Assembly: GCA_016222905.1 (NCBI GenBank)
Contig: JACRPZ010000005.1
Location: 142 to 64,141, forward strand
Length of the DNA stretch: 64,000 nt
Reading direction: 5' to 3'
Origin: Nitrospirota bacterium
GTDB taxonomy: Bacteria > Nitrospirota > Thermodesulfovibrionia > UBA6902
In this document: piece by piece, positions 18,201-27,108 of the stretch
How the letters are laid out: every line of letters begins with the position of its first letter
How positions within the stretch are numbered: position 1 is the first letter of the stretch
Program-made: the position numbers and the translations under genes
The notes under the pieces: model-generated
Told to the model about the DNA's origin: nothing
Database searches by the model: none
The model's input: the letters and a program-made list of their open reading frames with translations, nothing else

Positions 18201-18379
18201 CCTTTGCCCTCGGCGCAGGTTCAGAAATGCGCGCGCCTATGGCGCGTGCCGTGATCGGCGGGCTTCTCACTTCTACCGTACTGACTCTTCTGGTCGTCCC
18301 GGTAGTCTACACGGTGCTGGATGATTTCAGCGTCTGGCTGCGGAAACGCTTAAGCTTTAAAAAGGTGGTGACAACATGA
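15275..18379 (+). CDS. RND efflux permease (AcrB/HAE1-like, 1034 aa)
   Basis: 12-TM architecture with large periplasmic loops and conserved AcrB-family segments. Confidence 0.9.
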   Translation: MLLSDLSIKRPILATVMMLTLVVLGIFSYRRLSVEMYPNVEIPVVSIVTKFPGASPESVERELSKKIEEAVNPIAGVKRVISYSREGVSTVVVEFRLEEKINEVAQETRAKINAVRGELPQGIEDPIIQKLDFNAMPVISLAVRSSSLSSRDLTLLVEKKIKRRLETVSGVGKVYLVGSAKREVNVVIDPIRIESLGIGVDTVINGLKSENVNTPMGRLNQGNTEYPLRISGKPDRVEEFRSMVIGERDGRPIRLSEVADVVDGIEEERSLALVNGVPAVALDIQKQSGANMVEVVDAIIKRVAQLQPELPSGVTLDVVRDASTMTRDSLRDVQETMIIGGILTILIVFCFINSWRSTVITGLTLPISVISSFIIMNALGMTLNIMTLMALSLAIGLLIDDAIVVRENIVRHLERGEDHFTAARNGTSEIGLAVFATTMSILAVFVPVAYMKGIVGRFFFSFGITVAFAVAVSLFVSFTLDPMLSSRWHDPSIHRGGKRGFISRMLDRFNDFFEMIAERYRHLIGWALGHRKTVLFSALAAFIAGIMIFGMLESSFMTNFDKGEFQVSFKTAPDASLNESRSRLNAILAALKDIPEIAHTYSTVGAGDSGTVQSGVAYMKLKERSERKRNQDAIQRDVRDRLQRIPGIKISIEEAGGVGSSIKPLVVNVRGEDIALLKKYSAELKTEMFGIPGIVDIEATLENDIPEYRLTVDREKAVSAGIMTDRIVRTVSALVGGEAVSTYEDEDGDSVDVRVRLPEHLRQDPSQVQNLRLTVQKENQPSGLIALSNIASYNVSDSPSEINRQALTREVVITANLDGVPIGTAVSKVQKAAEKIKMEPGYKFVFSGEAEDMAESFGYMGESLILAVILVYLILAAQFESFLEPMAIMLSLPLSIVGMAGMLFLTGDTINIMSLIGLIMLMGLVTKNAILLVDYTKVLRGRGMERSEAVVTAGRTRLRPILMTTLAMVFGMMPLAFALGAGSEMRAPMARAVIGGLLTSTVLTLLVVPVVYTVLDDFSVWLRKRLSFKKVVTT

Positions 18380-19677
18380 AGAAATTATATTACCGTGTAT
18401 TCATATTAATATTGATCACGCTTCTGCTGCCTCTTTTCGCAATGGCTGAGGATGTGAAGGTTTTGACTTTGCAGGATGCTCTTGATATAGCTGCTGACAA
18501 GAACCGTGATATTCAAAAGGCGAGAGAGTACGTCCGCTGGGTTCAGGGGAAATATGTGGAAGAAAGATCTGCTGCATTACCGCAGTTTAGTGTGAACGGC
18601 TCAGCTCTCCTCAGTCAGGACGAGACAGGGATTTATACTGACAGGCAGACGATGTATTCCGGTGAGGTTGGTGTTACCCAGACACTCTTTGCCTGGGGCA
18701 AATTAGGCGCTGCAATAAGGGCTGCGAAAGAGGGGCTCAAGAGCGCGGAAGAGCAGTTAAGACTGTACCGCCAGGCAGCATACAGGGACGTCTCTATTGC
18801 CTTCTACAATGTGCTCCTCGCAAGGGAACTGGATGCTATCGCACGCCAGAACCTTGAGCAGAAAGAACGGCATCTTGAAGAAGCGCACCGTAAATACACT
18901 GCCGGAGTCGCAACGGAATATGAGATATTGGCTGCTGAGGTGGCTGTTCAAAATGCAAAACCTGAGGTCATCCGTTCGGAGAACCGGATACGTGAGGCGC
19001 TTGACAGCCTTCGTTTTCTGCTTGCCTTAGAGAACGGCAGTATCGATGTCACCGGCAGTCTAAAAGCAGAGGATGCCCCGGAGGTGCTCTCTTACGAAAA
19101 TATATATAAAACCGCACTTGAACAGCGGCCTGAAGTGAGAGACCTTCACTACCGTACCAGCATTGCAGGAGAACTCGTTACCATAGCAAATGCCGAAGAT
19201 AAACCACGCCTTGAATTCAGGGGCGGATACGGATGGAAAGATTTCGAGACAAGTGATACGTCCCTTGACGGCAAAGCATGGAACGCCGGGTTATTTCTCT
19301 CTTTCCCGTTCTTTGACGGAATGAAGACAAGGGGAAGAGTTTCCCAGGCTGAAAGCGATCTTCGCAGCATCAGGATAGATGAAGGTAAGCTTGCAGATTC
19401 CATTGCCCTGCAAGCGCGGGAGGCGATGAACGCTTTACAGGAGTCAAAGGAGATAGTTAATGCCCTCTCCGGAACAGGGACACAGGCTGAAAAATTACTA
19501 TTTCTTTCTGAAAAGGGTTATGAGTTGGGAGTTAAGATCAGGCTTGAAGTAGAGGACGCGGAACTGAAACTTCAGCAGGCAAGAGGAAATCTTTCGCAGG
19601 CATGGAGAGACTACCGCGCAGCCCGCGTTAACCTGTTGTGGGTTATGGGTGTACTTGGGGAGAGCGGGTATCAATGA
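18376..19677 (+). CDS. TolC-family outer membrane efflux protein
   Basis: Signal peptide and a duplicated OEP repeat architecture; its start overlaps the RND permease stop. Confidence 0.85.
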   Translation: MKKLYYRVFILILITLLLPLFAMAEDVKVLTLQDALDIAADKNRDIQKAREYVRWVQGKYVEERSAALPQFSVNGSALLSQDETGIYTDRQTMYSGEVGVTQTLFAWGKLGAAIRAAKEGLKSAEEQLRLYRQAAYRDVSIAFYNVLLARELDAIARQNLEQKERHLEEAHRKYTAGVATEYEILAAEVAVQNAKPEVIRSENRIREALDSLRFLLALENGSIDVTGSLKAEDAPEVLSYENIYKTALEQRPEVRDLHYRTSIAGELVTIANAEDKPRLEFRGGYGWKDFETSDTSLDGKAWNAGLFLSFPFFDGMKTRGRVSQAESDLRSIRIDEGKLADSIALQAREAMNALQESKEIVNALSGTGTQAEKLLFLSEKGYELGVKIRLEVEDAELKLQQARGNLSQAWRDYRAARVNLLWVMGVLGESGYQ

Positions 19678-19763
19678 TGATGAATTTGCCAATCACCATT
19701 TGCAAACCCATCCTGAAAGTGTTAAGCTAATCTGACCAGACTGACTAAACTAAGGAGGCTGTT

Positions 19764-20015
19764 ATGACTACATGGCAGTTACAGGAGGCAAAGGCCCGGC
19801 TGAGTGAGGTTATTAAAAAGGCGGCGAAGGAAGGCCCGCAGAATATCACTGTTCACGGACAATCTGCCGCCGTTGTGATTTCAAGAGAGGAGTACGAACA
19901 GCTCAAACATCCGCTGGGGAGTTTCGTAGCATTCATGCGCCGCTCGCCGCTTTACGGTCTGAAACTTAACCTGAAGCGCAAACAAACGCTCACGCGCAAG
20001 TCTGAGGTCTCATGA
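19764..20015 (+). CDS. Phd/YefM-family antitoxin
   Basis: MTTWQLQEAKARLSEVI...AAVVISREEYEQL. Its stop overlaps the VapC start. Confidence 0.75.
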   Translation: MTTWQLQEAKARLSEVIKKAAKEGPQNITVHGQSAAVVISREEYEQLKHPLGSFVAFMRRSPLYGLKLNLKRKQTLTRKSEVS

Positions 20016-20422
20016 GTTATCTGCTTGATACCAATATTTTATCCGAGACAATCTGCCGCAACCCGAATAAGTCTGTGATCTCATGGCTCGAACAACTGTC
20101 CGGTGAGTCGCTCTTTGTGAGCGTTCTGACACTCGGTGAAATCCGCAAGGGCATTGATGCGCTTACTGACGGAAAGCGGCGTGAGAAGCTGCGCCTTTGG
20201 CTGGAGCACGAGCTTCCGGCATGGTTTGATGGGCGGGTGCTTCCGGTTGATATTGCCGTGGCCGACCGTTGGGGCAGGCTGCTTGCAAAGGTCGGTCGTC
20301 CAGTCCCCAGTATTGACAGTCTTCTTGCCGCGACTGCGCTGCATCATGAATTGCGGCTGGTTACGCGGAATGCGAAAGATTTTGATTATTCGGGACTTGA
20401 GGTAATCAACCCTTTCGGGTAA
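20012..20422 (+). CDS. vapC: VapC PIN-domain toxin
   Basis: LLDTNILSE N-terminal PIN signature with conserved acidic residues, ~136 aa. Confidence 0.85.
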   Translation: MSYLLDTNILSETICRNPNKSVISWLEQLSGESLFVSVLTLGEIRKGIDALTDGKRREKLRLWLEHELPAWFDGRVLPVDIAVADRWGRLLAKVGRPVPSIDSLLAATALHHELRLVTRNAKDFDYSGLEVINPFG

Positions 20423-20638
20423 AGTGCTCCTTTCCCCGGCTTATTACACGCCGTCCTATTTCAAAAGTTGAGTTGATTTTTTTACTGCCGAGATAAAAAC
20501 AGTTATAGGCTTTCAGAAAGAATGGCTTAGTAGGTTTTTGTTTTAAAAGAAAATCTGATGTTTCACGACTTGACCCTCGAATTACCCATCCTTAACATTC
20601 TCATTTTGGGATTACAGATTAAAGACGTGACACCATTC

Positions 20639-20983
20639 TCACCATCCGCCGGATGCTTTCCCAGTTAACCGTTTGTCTTTGTCCATTGCACTTAAAAAAA
20701 GCGATAATGCCTTTTGAGCACCGCTGTCAGTTAGGAGTCCCTCTCCTCTGCTTGTCTGAACGCTTAGCTCCGTATAATCTCCTTTATGCGCAATACGTAG
20801 GATGACTTGGGCGGCGTCTGTAAGTAAGCCAACGTTAATCTTCCCTGCAATCGTTCCAGTTTCTCTTGATACGTCAGTGACCTTACCGAGTTTTTTTAAT
20901 ACGTCCTGACACGCCTGTGCTAAAACAACAGGATCGGTTTTATATTCTAACGTTTCCTTTGCGGTAGATTCATGGATAGCCAT
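20639..20983 (-). CDS. Hypothetical protein
   Basis: ORF only. Confidence 0.4.
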   Translation of the reverse strand: MAIHESTAKETLEYKTDPVVLAQACQDVLKKLGKVTDVSRETGTIAGKINVGLLTDAAQVILRIAHKGDYTELSVQTSRGEGLLTDSGAQKALSLFLSAMDKDKRLTGKASGGW

Positions 20984-21000
20984 AGTCTTCCCCTTTCAGT

Positions 21001-21582
21001 TTAGAAGTTGTTAGATATCGTTTTAAATTCCGATATTATGCTTTTAATATCACCTTTTAATTTTTGACGTTGCCAAGACATGGGATGCTTTGGCGTACCA
21101 TCTTTGTTTTTATTTATTTGTACCTCTGGTAAATGAGAAAGATAACTCCTTAAATTACTAATTCGCTTCTTTATGTCGTTGCCTACACCTGGCCGTGTTT
21201 CATAACTACCATATGCGAACAATTTCCCCTTAAACATGTTGAAATTTAGATGCTCATAAACTAATGTATCCCTATCTCTCTTGTCCCATGATTTAAAAAG
21301 GATCTCAGGCGATGTTGTCGCCAAATCAAACAAGTTAATTACAAAAGGATTAAAACCAGTCCCTTGAAATACCTCTCTCAAAATTCTTAATGTTGAATCT
21401 CTTTTTAAATTTCTACCATCATGACTTAAACTTCCTGGATTGAGCATAATTACGAGTATATAGTCAAAATTACTAGGATGCTTTTGTACGCACCAATGCC
21501 TATATTCTTCATGACTCTTCCATGATATTTTCCACTCATCTATATCATGGGTATAGACTCTACCGTCTAAAATTGTTTCCAT
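21001..21582 (-). CDS. Hypothetical protein (AT-rich island gene)
   Basis: ORF in AT-rich DNA next to tRNA-Val. No recognisable domain. Confidence 0.45.
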   Translation of the reverse strand: METILDGRVYTHDIDEWKISWKSHEEYRHWCVQKHPSNFDYILVIMLNPGSLSHDGRNLKRDSTLRILREVFQGTGFNPFVINLFDLATTSPEILFKSWDKRDRDTLVYEHLNFNMFKGKLFAYGSYETRPGVGNDIKKRISNLRSYLSHLPEVQINKNKDGTPKHPMSWQRQKLKGDIKSIISEFKTISNNF

Positions 21583-21789
21583 AAATTATTCTGTACCATA
21601 ACAGTTTTTTTTATGCTTCTTCTATATTTTGTAAAAGTATAACTGCAATCAAGTAGACAATCAACACAAATTATAAAAAAACGCTCAACCGCACGATTCC
21701 ATAAAAAAAGAGGTTGCCACGAATGGCTAACCCCTTGCTTCTAAAATGAAGAAATGAATCAATAAATATCAAAAGCCTTTAAAAGATAA

Positions 21790-22167
21790 TTACATTGTTT
21801 GACCATCTTGTATTATTTCATCAAAAATGTCATCAATCCCATACAATTTTTCAATTATAACTTTATACAATTCAGTAAAGCTTTCAAGAGCTGCACTTTC
21901 TTTTAAACTTTCCGAAGAATAAGCAATAGAAATAGGAGGTGTCAATTTCCAATCAAGATCGTCCATGTTTACTAAATCTTTTACAGTTATGGGCAAATCT
22001 TTTTGAGGGTAAATAGAAAGAATTATGTGGTCATTGTCCTGTTTAAATATTCCCCATAATTGTTCATGCAGATAATTAAACAATATCACATCCTGTTTTT
22101 TTTGCACATTTGTAATTTTACTTGGATTATTTAACATCGTATTAACAACTTGCACAATTTTACTCAT
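21790..22167 (-). CDS. Hypothetical protein (AT-rich island gene)
   Basis: ORF only. Confidence 0.45.
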   Translation of the reverse strand: MSKIVQVVNTMLNNPSKITNVQKKQDVILFNYLHEQLWGIFKQDNDHIILSIYPQKDLPITVKDLVNMDDLDWKLTPPISIAYSSESLKESAALESFTELYKVIIEKLYGIDDIFDEIIQDGQTM

Positions 22168-22222
22168 GATTACCTCTCCTTGTTATTAGTTACAAGTCAA
22201 ATTATAACCCCTTGATTGTAGA

Positions 22223-22297
22223 TGGTGGGCGATGCTGGTTTCGAACCAGCGGCCTCTGCTGTGTGAGAGCAGCGCTCTCCCCCTGAGCTAATCGCCC
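22223..22297 (-). tRNA. tRNA-Val (anticodon CAC)
   Basis: Minus-strand cloverleaf GGGCGATTAGCTCAG...GGTTCGAAACCAGC...CCCACCA, with anticodon loop CTCACAC. Confidence 0.85.
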
Positions 22298-22307
22298 GGT
22301 TATCTTC

Positions 22308-23282
22308 CTAAGCCTTCCATACAAGCTTATCAAGCATTTTCTTGTTCTCAAAGTACCAGTCAACCGTCTTTTTGACGCCGTCTTCAAGCGAAGTTATTGG
22401 CTTCCAGCCAAGTACCTTTTTAGACTTCTCGATATGCGCCCATGTCGCTCTGACATCGGCAATATGCATCTTGAGCCTCTTCACCTTCACCTTTTTCCCT
22501 AGGTGTTTTCCCAGAAGATCAATAACATAATTAAGCTTTACAGGGTGGTCGCCCCCCAGATTGAATATCTCATATCCCACAGGCTTCAATGCGCGGATAG
22601 TCCCATCTGCAATATCGTCAATGTACGTGAAGTCCCTTGTCTGGTTGCCGTCCCCAAAAACAGGAATGGCCTTTCCTGCATCAATGTTCTTGATGAACTT
22701 GAAGATGCTCATATCCGGTCTTCCTGCCGGCCCGTATACGGTGAAGTAACGCAGTACGCTTACATCAATTTTGTACAGGTAGTGATATGCATAGCACAAG
22801 ACCTCCGCGCCTTTTTTGGTTGCAGAGTACGGCGCAAGCGGGGTGTCCGTCCTTGATGTCTCTTCAAACGGCATATTCTCGGAAGCATAAAGACTTGAGG
22901 TGGACGCAAGGACAAACTTCTTCACCTTGTTCCGGACACAGCATTCAAGCAGATTCAGCGTCCCCTTTGTATTCGCGTCAAGATATACCCATGGGTCTTC
23001 TACTGATGCCCTAACTCCTGCTCTTGCGGCAAGGTTGATAACAGCGCTTATATTATTTTCCTGAAAGATATCTTTCAGTTTTTTGTAATTAGCGATATCA
23101 CATTTATAAAAAGTGAAGTCCGGATATTTTTTTAATATGCCGAGCCTCCAAATCTTGAGCTTGGGGTCATAATAGTCGTTCATATTGTCAACGCCTATTA
23201 CCCTGTTCTTCTTCTCAAGCAGTGCTTGAGAGACCTTCCACCCGATGAATCCCGCGCATCCTGTAACAAGTATTGTCTTCAT
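22308..23282 (-). CDS. NAD-dependent epimerase/dehydratase (UDP-sugar 4-epimerase-like)
   Basis: N-terminal Rossmann GCAGFIG, the YxxxK catalytic region and the extended SDR fold. Confidence 0.85.
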   Translation of the reverse strand: MKTILVTGCAGFIGWKVSQALLEKKNRVIGVDNMNDYYDPKLKIWRLGILKKYPDFTFYKCDIANYKKLKDIFQENNISAVINLAARAGVRASVEDPWVYLDANTKGTLNLLECCVRNKVKKFVLASTSSLYASENMPFEETSRTDTPLAPYSATKKGAEVLCYAYHYLYKIDVSVLRYFTVYGPAGRPDMSIFKFIKNIDAGKAIPVFGDGNQTRDFTYIDDIADGTIRALKPVGYEIFNLGGDHPVKLNYVIDLLGKHLGKKVKVKRLKMHIADVRATWAHIEKSKKVLGWKPITSLEDGVKKTVDWYFENKKMLDKLVWKA

Positions 23283-23392
23283 TTAATATTTAGCCTTAGA
23301 TTTGCTGTCTTTAAAAAAAGATATTTAATCATAATTGCTCTAAATTGTAATTTGTAATAATACAATAAAAAAGGGCTTAAAACAATAACTTC

Positions 23393-23431
23393 TTATATGG
23401 ACTTTCTTATATGGACTTCTTATATAAAATT
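23393..23431. repeat. Short tandem direct repeats (TTCTTATATGGAC x ~2.5)
   Basis: cttatatggactttcttatatggacttcttatata, read directly. Confidence 0.7.
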
Positions 23432-23652
23432 TATTAAAGCGCTGGTTCAACAATTAAGTGCAGAACCTGGGGCAGCAGTGCAGGAGTTTTTGTCATTCTA
23501 CTATTTGTTATAATTAAAAATAAAACCTTATCAAGGAGCTGCTTATTCCGTCTGCTTACGGCAATACATCAGGACTTAAGAAGGGCGACCTGAAGGCTGT
23601 CGAGAGGATATACAGAAGGCGTATACCAAGAGAAAAGTTTCTCACCTCCGAG

Positions 23653-25182
23653 ATGGCATGGTATTTAACAGAATGTTCTGTTGCTACAGGCAGGCAGATA
23701 GGCGTTCTGGCAGACCGCAATGGGGACATAGCATATGTAATAGTTGGGGATGCAAAGGGAATTTTGATACCCGAACTGACAGATTATCCTTTGGGAAGAA
23801 GGCCGCTCCGGGGGCTGAGGCTTATACACACGCACCTGAAGAACGAGAAGTTAAGTCAGGATGATATCACAGACCTGTCGCTTCTCAGGCTTGACGCCCT
23901 AATCGCCATAGGCATCAAAGACGATACTCCTACCAATATTTATATTGCGCGCCTTTCAGCCTCGGATTCACAAAATTATGAAATACAGGCTCCTGTCAAC
24001 TTTCAGAGGCTTGATGCATCACTGGAGGACTTTGATGTCATGGTCTCGCTGCTTGAAGAAGAGATGCAGTCGAGAAGAACAGGATTTGATGTTAAAGACG
24101 GGAGGGAGGCGGCTATACTTGTCAGTGTGTCAACAGGGTCTAAATATGATCAGGAAGATTCAATGGAGGAGCTGAAAGAACTGGCAAGTTCAAGCAACAT
24201 TAATGTGCTGGACACAGTTTTGCAGAGAGCAAAGCAGATAAATCCAAAATATCTTATTGGGGAAGGCAAAGTAAAAGAGCTTGTAATCAACGCGCTGAAC
24301 AAGGGCGCAACTCTGCTGATCTTTGATCAGGACCTTAACCCGTCACAAACTAACGCTATAAGCGACATAACAGAATTGAAGGTCATTGACCGTTCACAGC
24401 TTATCCTTGACATATTTGCAAGGCGAGCTCACAGCAGGGACGGCAAAGTCCAGGTCGAGCTTGCCCAACTGCGTTACAGGCTTCCAAGACTCACCGGAAA
24501 AGGCACCGCCATGTCCAGGCTGATGGGTGGGATCGGCGGGAGGGGACCAGGGGAGATGAAGCTTGAGGTAGACAGAAGAAGGGTCAGGGACAGGATAACC
24601 CTGCTTGAAAAACAGCTCGAATCTTTGAGCCTCGCAAGACAGCAGAGAAAGTCGCGCAGGGTCGAACAGGGACTGCCGATAGTATCCATCATTGGTTATA
24701 CCAATGCCGGGAAATCAACACTGCTCAACAACCTGACAAAGAGCGCCACCTTTGTTGAAGACAAGATGTTTGCAACGCTCGATACCGCAAGCAGACGTCT
24801 GAGGTTCCCCAAAGAAAGAGACGTAATAATCACTGATACGGTAGGGTTTATCCGCGACCTTCCCAAAGACCTTTTTACAGCTTTCAAGGCAACGCTTGAA
24901 GAGCTTGAGGATGCTGATCTGCTTTTGCACCTTGTAGACATATCAAATCCGAGATTTGAGCAGCATATAAAGTCAGTTGAAAATATCTTGTCCGAATTAG
25001 GCCTCCTGGAAAAACCTGTGCTTATGGTATTTAATAAAGAGGACCTTGTTGATAAAGAAGAAGTTAACTCTGTCGCTAACAGATTTGACGCAATTTCACT
25101 CTCGGCCTATAGGCAAGAGACCTTAAATAAACTACTCAATGCAATTGAAGCTAAACTCTGGCCATTAACGACCCATGAATGA
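23653..25182 (+). CDS. hflX: GTPase HflX with an extra N-terminal domain
   Basis: G1 GYTNAGKST, G3 DTVGF, and the HflX N-terminal domain (glycine-rich segment). Confidence 0.85.
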   Translation: MAWYLTECSVATGRQIGVLADRNGDIAYVIVGDAKGILIPELTDYPLGRRPLRGLRLIHTHLKNEKLSQDDITDLSLLRLDALIAIGIKDDTPTNIYIARLSASDSQNYEIQAPVNFQRLDASLEDFDVMVSLLEEEMQSRRTGFDVKDGREAAILVSVSTGSKYDQEDSMEELKELASSSNINVLDTVLQRAKQINPKYLIGEGKVKELVINALNKGATLLIFDQDLNPSQTNAISDITELKVIDRSQLILDIFARRAHSRDGKVQVELAQLRYRLPRLTGKGTAMSRLMGGIGGRGPGEMKLEVDRRRVRDRITLLEKQLESLSLARQQRKSRRVEQGLPIVSIIGYTNAGKSTLLNNLTKSATFVEDKMFATLDTASRRLRFPKERDVIITDTVGFIRDLPKDLFTAFKATLEELEDADLLLHLVDISNPRFEQHIKSVENILSELGLLEKPVLMVFNKEDLVDKEEVNSVANRFDAISLSAYRQETLNKLLNAIEAKLWPLTTHE

Positions 25183-26095
25183 ACTGATTAAAAAACTGAG
25201 CGATTACATCGGCAGGGCCATAAAAGGCAAGGAGGAAGCAATAAAATATGCAGTTGTTACTCTTCTATCAAGGGGACATCTTCTTATAGAGGATGTCCCG
25301 GGTGTTGGCAAGACCACCCTTGCCTTTGCTCTTGCAAAGGCAATTGATTGTGATTTTCAGAGGATCCAGTCAACGTCCGATCTCCTTCCGAGTGATATGA
25401 TAGGGGTGAATATCTACAATCCTGAAACGAGAGAGTTTCAATTCAGGAAGGGTCCGCTATTTGCAAATATTGTTCTGGTAGATGAGATTAACAGGACAAG
25501 TCCTAAGACACAGTCAGCGCTCCTCGAGGCTATGAATGAGAGAAGGATTTCAGTAGATCGTAAGACATATATACTCCTTGAGCCGTTTATGGTGATAGCG
25601 ACACAGAATCCTGCAGAGTACCATGGCACATTCCCGCTTCCGGAGAGTCAGCTTGACAGGTTTATGATGCATATAAGGATAGGATATCCTTCTTATGATT
25701 TTGAGAAATTGGCGCTTTCGGAGATGATGGATTTTGATGATATTGATAGATTTGGATATGTACTTAAGAAAACCGATATTCTTAATATGCAGGATGAAGT
25801 TAGAAAAGTAAAAACGGATGGGGATATAATGGATTACATACTCAATATCGTCAACAGGACACGAAATCATGACAATATCAGGCTTGGGGTAAGCACAAGA
25901 GGGGCACAGTTTCTATTGAGGGCGGCTCAGTCTCTTGCCTATGTAAATGGAAGGGACTATGTTCTGCCTGATGATGTTAAAGAGCTCTCTCCTATGGTGC
26001 TCGGACACAGGATAGTGCTTAAAAGCAAGACATATATTTCGGATGCTGACAAGTTAATCAGGGATATGGTTGATGAGATAAGCATACCGCTGTAA
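25175..26095 (+). CDS. MoxR-family AAA+ ATPase
   Basis: Walker A PGVGKTT, Walker B VDEINR, and the characteristic MoxR C-terminal region. Confidence 0.9.
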   Translation: MNELIKKLSDYIGRAIKGKEEAIKYAVVTLLSRGHLLIEDVPGVGKTTLAFALAKAIDCDFQRIQSTSDLLPSDMIGVNIYNPETREFQFRKGPLFANIVLVDEINRTSPKTQSALLEAMNERRISVDRKTYILLEPFMVIATQNPAEYHGTFPLPESQLDRFMMHIRIGYPSYDFEKLALSEMMDFDDIDRFGYVLKKTDILNMQDEVRKVKTDGDIMDYILNIVNRTRNHDNIRLGVSTRGAQFLLRAAQSLAYVNGRDYVLPDDVKELSPMVLGHRIVLKSKTYISDADKLIRDMVDEISIPL

Positions 26096-27108
26096 TGAAC
26101 AAAATCAGTCTCACAAAGGAAGGCAAACGATTTCTCATAGCAGTTGCCCTTATCGGATTTGCCTCTGTCAATACAGGCAATAACCTTATCTATCTTATCT
26201 TCTCCATGATGCTCTCGCTCCTGGTCATCTCTTTTGTAATAGCAGCGATTAATCTGAGGAAGATCGAATGTACAGCCGATTTTGAAGAACCTTTATATGC
26301 CAATACCCCGTTTGAGATAAAAATCGCTTTTCACAATAAAAAGATAATCCCGTCATACTCTATCGCCATCGTCTTTCCACTCGATATATCCCGGCAGTTA
26401 TATATACCTGTAATAAAAAAAGGGCGTAAGACGGAGAACTTTTATAACGTTTTAACAATGAAAAGAGGCAGATATTTTTTGGAGCATCTTAAGTTAAGGA
26501 CCGGCTTCCCCTTTGTATTTATGAATCTCTATAAAGACATGGATTACGGCAAGGAGTTGATAGTCTATCCCGAGATCATAGATGTTTCATCCCTTCTTAA
26601 GGATATTCCCTTGCAATCTTCAGAGAGAGAAGGAATGAGGATAAGCACGGGGGGAGATTTTCTATTGTCAAGGGAATATGTATATGGCGAAGAAAGCAAA
26701 AATATTGACTGGAAGGCAACGGCAAGGACACAAAAGACTATGGTGAAGGAGTTTTCAATGGGCGATAACTTGCTTTCTACCATAATTCTTGATAACAGCA
26801 GTGATGTCCATGATAGTGTCTTTGAGAAGGCGGTATCAATTACCGCCTCCCTCTGCTCAGTGTTTGTGGAGAGAGATTACTATGTCAGGCTTATAACCTG
26901 CGGCAAGGTTGTTCCATTTGGTAAGGGTAAGATGCATTTGTTCAAGATACTGGATATTTTGGCGGGCATCCAAACATTAAAAGTTACAGGATGTACTGTA
27001 GACGAATTAAAGGAAGGAATGAATATATTAATTTTGTCTTCTGAGAATCTCGTGTTTTCCGGGATTGCTTCTCAATGTTCAGGGATTATAGATGCCAGGT
27101 ACATATAA
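26095..27108 (+). CDS. DUF58-family protein (MoxR-associated)
   Basis: Positioned after MoxR, with an N-terminal TM pair and size typical of DUF58. Confidence 0.7.
   Translation: MNKISLTKEGKRFLIAVALIGFASVNTGNNLIYLIFSMMLSLLVISFVIAAINLRKIECTADFEEPLYANTPFEIKIAFHNKKIIPSYSIAIVFPLDISRQLYIPVIKKGRKTENFYNVLTMKRGRYFLEHLKLRTGFPFVFMNLYKDMDYGKELIVYPEIIDVSSLLKDIPLQSSEREGMRISTGGDFLLSREYVYGEESKNIDWKATARTQKTMVKEFSMGDNLLSTIILDNSSDVHDSVFEKAVSITASLCSVFVERDYYVRLITCGKVVPFGKGKMHLFKILDILAGIQTLKVTGCTVDELKEGMNILILSSENLVFSGIASQCSGIIDARYI

Noticed and set aside
20440-22297. Integrase and att direct repeat for the tRNA-Val islet
   Set aside because: I looked for a duplication of the tRNA-Val 3' end and for a tyrosine-recombinase ORF. 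Neither is present, so the islet is reported only as compositional and ORF evidence, not as a defined mobile element.
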